A stretch of 64,000 nt of DNA, from assembly GCA_947258705.1 (NCBI GenBank), contig CAMYJA010000007.1, positions 144,424 to 208,423 of the forward strand, given 5' to 3'. Positions 19,312-27,469 of this stretch are shown here, piece after piece. Origin of the DNA: an uncultured Hyphomicrobiaceae bacterium (lineage in GTDB: Bacteria; Pseudomonadota; Alphaproteobacteria; Rhizobiales; CAMYJA01). A program made the translations under genes and the position numbers. Each line of letters starts with the position of its first letter. Position 1 is the stretch's first letter. The notes beneath the pieces were generated by a model. The model saw nothing but the letters and a program-made list of their open reading frames with translations, searched no databases and was not told where the DNA came from.

Positions 19312-20862
19312 ATGGAGACTCGGGATGGAGCTGGTGATCAATTTTCCCTGAGCGCAATCAAGGTTGTAATTTTTGTGGCTTCTCCCTCGCGAAAACCCAA
19401 ATCTCAGAAAACACTCAAGACGAGCCAGTCCGAGAGGCGCTCTGAAAAGCAGGATGAGAGCGCCGTCCGCGTCAGCGAGGAGGCGCTCGACAGGTCCTGG
19501 ATGGAAGCTTCAATAGAGTCTGACGTCGACGATCATGGCTCGGAAAAACCGGTAGAAAAAGGAGCCTTGGGGCTTCATTCCCTTCTGAAAGAAAATTTCG
19601 AGGCCGATGCGCCGGCCGCTGCCGAGGATCCCGACGATCCGGCCGTTCACACAGCACCAAAACAGGAAGATCATAACAGTCACTGGTGGAGCAAGGTCGT
19701 CAAAAGCGCGATCGGCCTGCTTGTCGTTATTGGCGTCGGATGGCAGCCGATGCAGCGGCTGTTTCAGGTTTCCAGCGTCGAGGCCGTGGTCAATGCACGG
19801 CTGGTCACTTTGCGGGCGCCCATCCCCGGGATCGTTCAAAGCGTCGGCAGCAATGCCCGCGTCGGAGAACGGACGCAGCCGGGACAGTCCATGATCGTAC
19901 TGGCCAATCCCAGAGCGGACCGCACCAGGCTCGACGATCTCGAGCGGATGATGGCGCGAACCGAAGACGACCGCGCACCGCTCGAGAACAGGCTCAACAA
20001 ATTGAGGGTGATGAGCGCCCAGCTCACATCGCAAACCGAACAATTCCGCTACGGCCGCATGCGTCAGATAGAAATGCGCGTAAAGGCGTTCGATGCGGAA
20101 ATAAAAGGCGCTCTCGCGCAACATGAAGCGGCAGAAGCGAAGCTCGCGCGTTTCTCGACCTTAAACGAGAAGGGGGTCGTGCCGGCTGCCAGCCTGGAGC
20201 CGGTTGAGCGCGACGCAATCGTGACAAAAAACCGAGTGGAAACTATCCGCGCCAGAAAGGACGCCGCCCTGGTCGAACTGGATGCCATCCGCAATGGCTC
20301 GTTCGTCGGCGACAGCTACAATGACCGGCCGAGTTCACAACAGCGCCTGGACCAGTTGAAGCAGAAAATCGTTTTTCAGGAATCGGAACTGGGGAAGCTG
20401 AACCTGAGACGCGCACGCTTAAAAAAGGCCTTGATCAAAGAGCAGACGCGTTCTGAGAGGCTGTCCAGAGCCATCATCAACGCGCCGGCAAACGGCCGTA
20501 TCTGGGAAATTCTGGTCGCACCTGGCGAGCAGGTCGCCTTTGGTCAGGATGTGCTTCGTATTCTCGATTGTTCAGGCGCGGTCGTCACGGCCACGGTGAG
20601 CGAAGCGGTTTACAACAGTTTGAGCGTTGGCATGGATGCCGGATTCCGCTTTCGCGAAGGTGGCGCTGAATTGCGGGGGCATGTGGTCCAGTTGACAGGG
20701 GTCGCTTCGGCGCCCGCCAATCTTGCGATTTTGCCGTCGGCGCTGATCAAAGAGTCTTACCGGGTGATGGTTGCGATCCCCGAACTGGCATCGGATAAAA
20801 AGTGCAATGTCGGGCGCACGGGACGTGTCGTGTTTCAAGAACGCGGAACCCTAAGCAAATGA
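19312..20862 (+). CDS. HlyD-family membrane fusion/periplasmic adaptor protein (BgsB-like partner of the downstream synthase)
   Basis: It has a single TM helix (WWSKVVKSAIGLLVVIGVGW), a long coiled-coil, and HlyD barrel motifs (VNARLVTLRAPIPGIV; INAPANGRIWEILVAPGEQVAFGQDVLRILD). A ~130-aa acidic N-terminal cytoplasmic extension is present. The start is uncertain. Confidence 0.8.
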   Translation: METRDGAGDQFSLSAIKVVIFVASPSRKPKSQKTLKTSQSERRSEKQDESAVRVSEEALDRSWMEASIESDVDDHGSEKPVEKGALGLHSLLKENFEADAPAAAEDPDDPAVHTAPKQEDHNSHWWSKVVKSAIGLLVVIGVGWQPMQRLFQVSSVEAVVNARLVTLRAPIPGIVQSVGSNARVGERTQPGQSMIVLANPRADRTRLDDLERMMARTEDDRAPLENRLNKLRVMSAQLTSQTEQFRYGRMRQIEMRVKAFDAEIKGALAQHEAAEAKLARFSTLNEKGVVPAASLEPVERDAIVTKNRVETIRARKDAALVELDAIRNGSFVGDSYNDRPSSQQRLDQLKQKIVFQESELGKLNLRRARLKKALIKEQTRSERLSRAIINAPANGRIWEILVAPGEQVAFGQDVLRILDCSGAVVTATVSEAVYNSLSVGMDAGFRFREGGAELRGHVVQLTGVASAPANLAILPSALIKESYRVMVAIPELASDKKCNVGRTGRVVFQERGTLSK

Positions 20863-20900
20863 AAACAGCTCTGAACGCCTGAAGCGGGAGAATATTCACC

Positions 20901-22865
20901 ATGAATCCCGTTCTCTCTACACTCATCGAAGGGAGCTGGCCCGGCGTGTTGGCGGCGGGCGCTTCCATGGCGCTTCTGCCGTGGATGAACCGCCAGGGCT
21001 GGTGGCGCGTTCTGGCCCTCGGGTTCACGATTTTTTTGACCCTCCGTTATATCATCTGGCGCTTCCTGGAGACCATTCCGCCCCAGGCCGAAACGCTGAA
21101 TTTTACGATTGGAAGCATATTCTTCGCCATCGAGGCGTCCGCCATCATCGGCGTCCTTATGTCTCTCGTAACATTGATGCGAACACGCAACCGTTCGGTA
21201 GAAGTCGAGGCCAACCGCGAATGGCTGTTTTCTCGAAAGGATATGCCGACGGTCAGCGTTTTTATTTGCACGTATAATGAGGAAAAGGAAATTCTTGAAC
21301 GTACGATCATCGGCGCGATGGCGATGGACTATCCCGATTACGATGTCTGGGTTCTCGATGACGGGCGGCGCGGCTGGCTGAAGGACCTCGCTCAGGAAAT
21401 CGGCTGCAACTATCTCACACGGCCTGATAACAATCATGCCAAGGCCGGAAATATCAATCATGCGTTGGATTACATTGCTAAGCATGGGGTACCGCCCGAT
21501 TTCATATCGATACTGGACGCCGATTTCGTTCCCGGTAAAAACTTCCTATGGCGCACCCTTACCCTGTTTCGCGACGAGGAGGTCGGCGTCGTGCAAACGC
21601 CTCAGCATTTTTCCAATCCCGACCCTATCCAGGCCAACCTGTCCGCGGCCGAGTGCTGGCCGGATGAACAGCGCTATTTCTTCGATGTCGTGATGGCATC
21701 GAAGGATGCCTGGGGGACGGCGTTTTGTTGCGGCACATCTTCCGTCATCCGCTATTCGGCGTTGCATAAGATCGGAGGGTTTCCCGTCGATTCAGTCACT
21801 GAAGACTATCTCATCACCCTGCGCATGCTTCGTTCCGGATACCGGACCGTCTATCTCAACGAGCGCCTGTCTCTGGGGCTGGCGCCGGAGGGATTACAGG
21901 AATATGTCACCCAGCGCAGCCGCTGGTGCCTGGGATTCATTCAAATTCTGCGCAGCCCGGACGGTCCATTCGCCCTCGGCAACGGATTGAGGCCGGTCCA
22001 TCGCCTGGCACTGATCGAGGGCTTTCTCTACTGGTCGGGCTCCTATCTGATCCGTATTGCCGGTCTAGTTGTGCCGATCCTGTATCTCCTGTTCGGCATC
22101 CATGCACTTGATGTGGATGTCGTCGAGGGTATCTCGTATTTTCTGCCTTACCTGGTGGCCCAGGTGGCTTTGATCACATGGCTTTCCGAAGGCCGCATCC
22201 TCCCGATCCTGACGGATGTCAGCCAGCTCCTGGCGTCGCGTGAAATCCTGACGGCTGTGGGCGTGGGACTGGTCAAACCGAAAGGTCACAAATTCCAGGT
22301 CACGGCAAAGGGTGGCGACCGCAGCAAAACAATCGTCCAGTGGCAGATGATGAGACCATTCCTGCTGCTGCTTGTGCTCACTCTGGCCGGCATTGTCTGG
22401 GCTTTTTACATCAACGAGAATTCTTCTCTGCAGGATTCAAGCGCCATCGCGCTCTATTGGAGCTGGTATAATATTATCGTGTTGCTTGTGGCTATTGCGG
22501 TCCTCATTGAGAAGCCCCGGCAGCGGAAAAACGAACGTTTCAAGGGGCGCGAAAACATTTCCCTGTCCATCGGCGGAAAATTGCAGACCTTCGACATGCT
22601 GGATATTTCCATTGGCGGAATGCGCCTTGCGGGCCGCGCACCTGGCGGCACAGGCACCTCCGTCAGCGCGCTTCTAGGCAACAAATGGTTGTCTGGCCAT
22701 GTCGCCAGACAGTCCGACAGCGATTTTGCGATTGCATTCGAGAACAGCCTCGCCATTCGCGCGGCAATGATCCAGAAGGTATATTCTGGCCGATATAGAT
22801 CCGGCGTCGAGCATGTTCGTGCGAGCAACGTCGCCAGGAAAGTTCTGGCGCATCTTTTTAAATAA
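20901..22865 (+). CDS. Family-2 processive glycosyltransferase (cellulose-synthase/BcsA-BgsA-like) with a C-terminal PilZ domain
   Basis: The GT2 motifs are present: VLDDG, ILDADF, VTEDY and QRSRW (QxxRW). It has multiple TM helices. The C-terminal PilZ motifs are RKNER (RxxxR) and DISIGG (DxSxxG). Confidence 0.9.
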   Translation: MNPVLSTLIEGSWPGVLAAGASMALLPWMNRQGWWRVLALGFTIFLTLRYIIWRFLETIPPQAETLNFTIGSIFFAIEASAIIGVLMSLVTLMRTRNRSVEVEANREWLFSRKDMPTVSVFICTYNEEKEILERTIIGAMAMDYPDYDVWVLDDGRRGWLKDLAQEIGCNYLTRPDNNHAKAGNINHALDYIAKHGVPPDFISILDADFVPGKNFLWRTLTLFRDEEVGVVQTPQHFSNPDPIQANLSAAECWPDEQRYFFDVVMASKDAWGTAFCCGTSSVIRYSALHKIGGFPVDSVTEDYLITLRMLRSGYRTVYLNERLSLGLAPEGLQEYVTQRSRWCLGFIQILRSPDGPFALGNGLRPVHRLALIEGFLYWSGSYLIRIAGLVVPILYLLFGIHALDVDVVEGISYFLPYLVAQVALITWLSEGRILPILTDVSQLLASREILTAVGVGLVKPKGHKFQVTAKGGDRSKTIVQWQMMRPFLLLLVLTLAGIVWAFYINENSSLQDSSAIALYWSWYNIIVLLVAIAVLIEKPRQRKNERFKGRENISLSIGGKLQTFDMLDISIGGMRLAGRAPGGTGTSVSALLGNKWLSGHVARQSDSDFAIAFENSLAIRAAMIQKVYSGRYRSGVEHVRASNVARKVLAHLFK

Positions 22866-23246
22866 GAACGGGCCGAGAAAATCATTGCCTTAAGAGCGGC
22901 ATGGCCTAAACGCCAACCGGCCTGCTCCGCGCGCCAGAGACGGATATGGGCGCCCTTGTTCAAGCATGCCCTCTCAGCTCTGGTCGGTTGCCGGATGTTC
23001 CCTATTTTTGATTTTGAAAAGGCGGCCGGACGGGCGTTTGCGGTCGGATCTGTCAGGTCGTACCTGTGCAATATTCAGACAGTCATTGTTGAAAAATTCA
23101 TGATGAATACATTTAAAATATTTCTATCTATGGTTGTAATTATTCTTCAGCACCCGCTTGTTATTGTGAGAGACATGAACTTCACCCGGCTGGTTTCCCG
23201 GGGCAGTTCTCCAGAATATCGCGTCAATAACAAATAGAAAATCAAG

Positions 23247-26147
23247 ATGAAATTCTCCCTCTCCATTCTGGCTCTGTTCATGGGTATGATTGCCTGTCTC
23301 GCTCTGGCCGCGGCCATGGACTTTCCGCTGGCGATCGATGCGACGATGGGTGGTTTTGTTGTCGTCTGTATCAGCGCAGTGACATATCTTCTACATCGGC
23401 AATACGCCCCTTTCATGCAGACCACGGCCATTTTAGGCCGGTGGTCAAAGGGAAAGAATGGTATCCGCTGCGTCGGGAATCCGCGTAAAGCCGAAAGCGG
23501 CGCCATCGCCAACACCGTCGGCATGTTTCGTGATATTTTTGTGCGGATGGCGAACGCAGAGGCGATGAACCAGATGCTGGTACGCATCGTCGAAGATTCG
23601 ATCAACGAGATCTTCGTGTTCGATGCCGAAACGCTCAACTTCGAAATGGTCAACGCAGTGGCGTGCAGGAATCTGGGCTATACCATGGAGGAGTTGATGG
23701 AGATGACTCCCCTCGATCTGAAGCCTGAATATACGCCTGAGGGTTTTGAAAAGCTCGTTGCCAAACTCAGGTGCGGTGAGAAAAATCATGTCCGGCTCGA
23801 GACCGTCCACCGCCGCAAGGACGGTTCCAGCTATGATGTGAATATCACCCTGCAGTACATACGGTCGCAGAGCCGGCCGGTATTCGCTGCGATTGTCGAA
23901 GACGTAACCGACCGGAAAGAATCCGAAAGGTTGCTGGCGCAGCAGGCTTCTTCAATGGCGCTGTTAAATATGATAACGGTCGCGGCCAACCAGTCGGGGA
24001 ATGTGAAGGACACGCTTGGTTATTGCATCGAGCAGGTTTGTTTGTTCACCGGCTGGGAGGTCGGACACGCATATATTTCGGATGAAGACGATCCGGGACG
24101 AATGGAATCCGCCAGATGCTGGCATATGACCAACGACAGACTTTACCGCACTTTCCAAAAAACGACAGAGGGCATGTCCCAGGAATCCGGAATGGGTTTG
24201 GTCGGCCAGGTCATGGAACAGGCAACCCCCTATTGGACTGCCGACATGATGACCGATCCCAACTGTGTCAGGGCCGAGGCGGCGAAAAGTTCGGGGCTAA
24301 AGGGAGGTGCTGCCTTTCCCGTCAAGGTCCGGGGTGAAATCGTAGCCATTCTCGAATTTTTCTCAACACACCCGTTGGAGCCGGATCCCCAACTCATTGA
24401 CATCCTTGCTCATGTTGCCGCACAGATCGGCCAGGTCGTCGAACGTCAGCGCAGCAAGAAAAAGCTGACAGACCAAAATGAACGTTTCAACGCCGCCCTC
24501 GAGTACATGTCCCAGGGACTTTGCATGTTTGACGGCGATCAGCGCCTGATCATCAGCAATGGCCGCTATGCATCGATGTACGGATTGAAACCCGACGAGG
24601 TGAAGCCGGGCCAACGCTTTCGCCAGATCCTGGAATCTCGCATTGCAAACAGCTTCTACACCTGCAACGATCCTGAAAAATACATACAGGAACGGTGCTC
24701 GGCCGTCATCGAAGATACGGCCTCGATGAAAGTTCAGGAACTTTCCGACGGCCGCTTCATTGCAATCTCGCATCAGCCGATGCCGGATGGCGGCTGGCTG
24801 GCAACCCACGAAGATATCACCGAACTTCGGCGCATCGAGGAGCGGCTTGCCCATCAGGCTCACCACGATGCCCTGACCGGTCTTCCCAATCGCGAGAAGT
24901 TCCGGGAACGGATGGACGAGGAGTTGAAACGCGCGCTGCGGGGCGGATCCTTCGCTCTGCTTTGTCTTGACCTTGACGGCTTCAAGAGCGTCAACGACAC
25001 GCTTGGACATGCAGCCGGCGATGAGTTGTTGAAGCATGTCGCGGAACGGCTGCGCAATTGCGTCCGGGAGACCGACACGATTGCCCGGTTGGGCGGAGAC
25101 GAATTCGCGGTCATTCAGATTTCGACAGGTCAGCCGGTAGACGCCACGACACTTGCGCGACGAATCTGCAAAGCTGTCAGAGCGCCCATCACCCTCGGGG
25201 ATAACGAGGTCGTCGTGGAAACGAGCATCGGCATTGCCATTGCACCGAAAGACGGCATCGGTCAGGAGCAGCTTCTTAAAAATGCGGATATGGCGCTCTA
25301 CCGGGCCAAACGCGACGGACGCGGCACATATTGCTTTTTCGAGCAGGAGATGGAAGTAAGCGTGCAGGACCGCCACACGTTGGGGCTCGATCTGCGCAAG
25401 GCGCTCGCCCAAGACGAGTTGCAACTGCATTATCAGCCGCTCTTGAACCTGGAAAATGACAGGATCAGCGGATTTGAAGCCCTTTTGCGCTGGCGTCATC
25501 CCGAGCGCGGAATGGTGCCGCCGTCCGAATTCATTCCTATCGCTGAGGAGACGGGCCAAATCAGTCAGATCGGCGAATGGGTGCTTCGGCAGGCCTGTTC
25601 CGATGCCGCGGATTGGCCCGAAGATATCAAGATCGCTGTCAATGTGTCGCCGGTTCAGTTCCAGAGAGGGAACCTTCTGCAGGTTGTCGGCAGCGCGCTC
25701 ACAGCTACCGGTCTGTCGCCCTCAAGACTGGAGCTCGAGGTAACGGAGTCGGTTCTGCTGCAGGACGAAGAGGAGACGCTGGACATCCTTCACCGCCTGC
25801 ATGATCTCGGCCTGCGAATATCGATGGACGATTTCGGCACCGGATATTCTTCGCTGAGTTATCTGCGAAGCTTCCCGTTCGACAAGATCAAGATCGACGC
25901 CACCTTCGTACGGGATCTTTCGGAGGACAACGACGGCATCGGCATCGTACAGGCGGTCGTTGGTTTTGCCTCCCGGCTCGGCGCGGAAACGACCGCGGAA
26001 GGTGTGGAGACCGATGAGCAACTGGCAATCATCCGCGCCGACGGCTGCACCGAGGCGCAGGGATACCTGTTCAGCCCCCCGAGGCCGCTGGAAGATGTAT
26101 CTCACATGCTGTTGAAACGTGGCAAAGGGATGGAAAACGCCGCGTGA
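23247..26147 (+). CDS. Membrane-anchored PAS-GAF-PAS-GGDEF-EAL signalling protein (bifunctional diguanylate cyclase/phosphodiesterase)
   Basis: It has two N-terminal TM helices. The RLGGDEFAV motif is intact, with an RETD I-site 5 residues upstream. The EAL-domain motifs EALLRW, DDFGTGYSSL, KIDATF and EGVETDEQ are also intact. Confidence 0.93.
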   Translation: MKFSLSILALFMGMIACLALAAAMDFPLAIDATMGGFVVVCISAVTYLLHRQYAPFMQTTAILGRWSKGKNGIRCVGNPRKAESGAIANTVGMFRDIFVRMANAEAMNQMLVRIVEDSINEIFVFDAETLNFEMVNAVACRNLGYTMEELMEMTPLDLKPEYTPEGFEKLVAKLRCGEKNHVRLETVHRRKDGSSYDVNITLQYIRSQSRPVFAAIVEDVTDRKESERLLAQQASSMALLNMITVAANQSGNVKDTLGYCIEQVCLFTGWEVGHAYISDEDDPGRMESARCWHMTNDRLYRTFQKTTEGMSQESGMGLVGQVMEQATPYWTADMMTDPNCVRAEAAKSSGLKGGAAFPVKVRGEIVAILEFFSTHPLEPDPQLIDILAHVAAQIGQVVERQRSKKKLTDQNERFNAALEYMSQGLCMFDGDQRLIISNGRYASMYGLKPDEVKPGQRFRQILESRIANSFYTCNDPEKYIQERCSAVIEDTASMKVQELSDGRFIAISHQPMPDGGWLATHEDITELRRIEERLAHQAHHDALTGLPNREKFRERMDEELKRALRGGSFALLCLDLDGFKSVNDTLGHAAGDELLKHVAERLRNCVRETDTIARLGGDEFAVIQISTGQPVDATTLARRICKAVRAPITLGDNEVVVETSIGIAIAPKDGIGQEQLLKNADMALYRAKRDGRGTYCFFEQEMEVSVQDRHTLGLDLRKALAQDELQLHYQPLLNLENDRISGFEALLRWRHPERGMVPPSEFIPIAEETGQISQIGEWVLRQACSDAADWPEDIKIAVNVSPVQFQRGNLLQVVGSALTATGLSPSRLELEVTESVLLQDEEETLDILHRLHDLGLRISMDDFGTGYSSLSYLRSFPFDKIKIDATFVRDLSEDNDGIGIVQAVVGFASRLGAETTAEGVETDEQLAIIRADGCTEAQGYLFSPPRPLEDVSHMLLKRGKGMENAA

Positions 26148-26268
26148 GTGTTCAATATCCCGGCGGGATATATCGGACGCAACGCTTGTTGCTAATCCGT
26201 TTGTTGCAGGACTAGCGCACCTGCGCGCCCAGGACCTCAAATTCCCCCTGGCTCACATCCCCTCCTGC

Positions 26269-27264
26269 TCACATAAAGAGCTTCTCGCCCTTCATGCCCT
26301 TGTACATATGGGCGACCCATTCGCCATAGCCATTATACAGCAGGGTTGGCACGCGCTTATTGGTGCCGAGGACGCGCTCGGTGGCCTGGCTCCAGCGAGG
26401 ATGGGAAACCTTCGGATTGACGTTCGCCCAGAAGCCGTATTCGCGGGCCTGGACCGCTTCCCAGAAGCTGACCGGGCGTTTGTCGGTAAAGGTTATCCGG
26501 ACGATGGACTTGATCGATTTGAAGCCGTATTTCCACGGCACGTGCAGACGCAGCGGCGCGCCGAACTGCTTATGCAATGACTTGCCGTAAGCCCCCGTCA
26601 CCATGAAGGACAGGTCGTTATTGGCTTCCGCCATGGTCAGTCCTTCGCGATAAGGCCAGGGGTAGGCATAAGCCCAGGGAACGCTTGGCGGATTCTGCGC
26701 GGGCGCGATTTTTGGATCCTGGAAGGTTTCAAACGAAATATATTTCGCCGAAGACAAGGGACGCGCAAGCTTGACAAGCTGGCTCAGCGGAAAGCCCGAC
26801 CAGGGCACGGTCATGGACCAGGCCTCGACGCAGCGATGACGGTAGAGCCGTTCTTCGAGCTGCACCTGTTTCAGGATATCGTCGAAACCGATGCGGAACG
26901 GTTTTTCGACCATGCCGTCGATCTTCACCGACCAGGGACGTATTTTCAGGGCCTGTGCCGCGTTCGAAATTGCCTTGGTGCCGCCGAATTCATAGAAATT
27001 ATTGTATTTGATGTTGATCGGTTCGGGCGTGAGGGCGCGATCGAGCTTGAATTTCGGGTTTCTCTTGACCGGATAGAGATGGGCGCTCGGATCAGCACTA
27101 GTGCTGGCGCCCGTACCGCTTTTCGCCAGCGCCATGCCCGGCAATGCGATGGTGGCGCCGGTGGCGGCCACGGCCTTCATCAGCTCCCGGCGGTTGAGAA
27201 ACGCCTCTTCCGTCGTCGCCAGGTTCTCAGAGAGTTCCCATCCCTTTGGTCGTTTGATCAGCAT
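26269..27264 (-). CDS. msrP: Protein-methionine-sulfoxide reductase catalytic subunit (molybdopterin, YedY-type)
   Basis: It has the Tat signal NRRELMKAVAATGATIALPGMALA and YedY-type motifs (YNNFYEFG, HRCVEAWS, VPWKYGFKSIKS). Confidence 0.93.
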   Translation of the reverse strand: MLIKRPKGWELSENLATTEEAFLNRRELMKAVAATGATIALPGMALAKSGTGASTSADPSAHLYPVKRNPKFKLDRALTPEPINIKYNNFYEFGGTKAISNAAQALKIRPWSVKIDGMVEKPFRIGFDDILKQVQLEERLYRHRCVEAWSMTVPWSGFPLSQLVKLARPLSSAKYISFETFQDPKIAPAQNPPSVPWAYAYPWPYREGLTMAEANNDLSFMVTGAYGKSLHKQFGAPLRLHVPWKYGFKSIKSIVRITFTDKRPVSFWEAVQAREYGFWANVNPKVSHPRWSQATERVLGTNKRVPTLLYNGYGEWVAHMYKGMKGEKLFM

Positions 27265-27469
27265 CGTTTCATCCTCGTTCGCAAAGTGCCTTCATGCATG
27301 TAATCGCATGACGCCATCCGCGCAATAAAACTTCGCCGTCACTCCGATCAAAGTCTCGTGAGGTCTTGTTTCCCTCAAACGGCGAATTCAAGCATCCTGC
27401 CGGGAATGCCCAGCGGCATTGGCCGGCCGCGGCGGCGACCGTCACGCCATGTATCGCCTGGGGAAATGT

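Noticed and set aside
24363-25559. 398-aa ORF on the minus strand
   Set aside because: It is antisense to the PAS-GGDEF-EAL gene, whose motifs are unambiguous. The ORF has no recognisable domains.
26155-26171. Palindrome ATATCCCG-G-CGGGATAT between the convergent GGDEF-EAL and msrP genes, considered as a bidirectional terminator
   Set aside because: It has a one-nucleotide centre and no flanking U/A runs. That is too weak to call a terminator.
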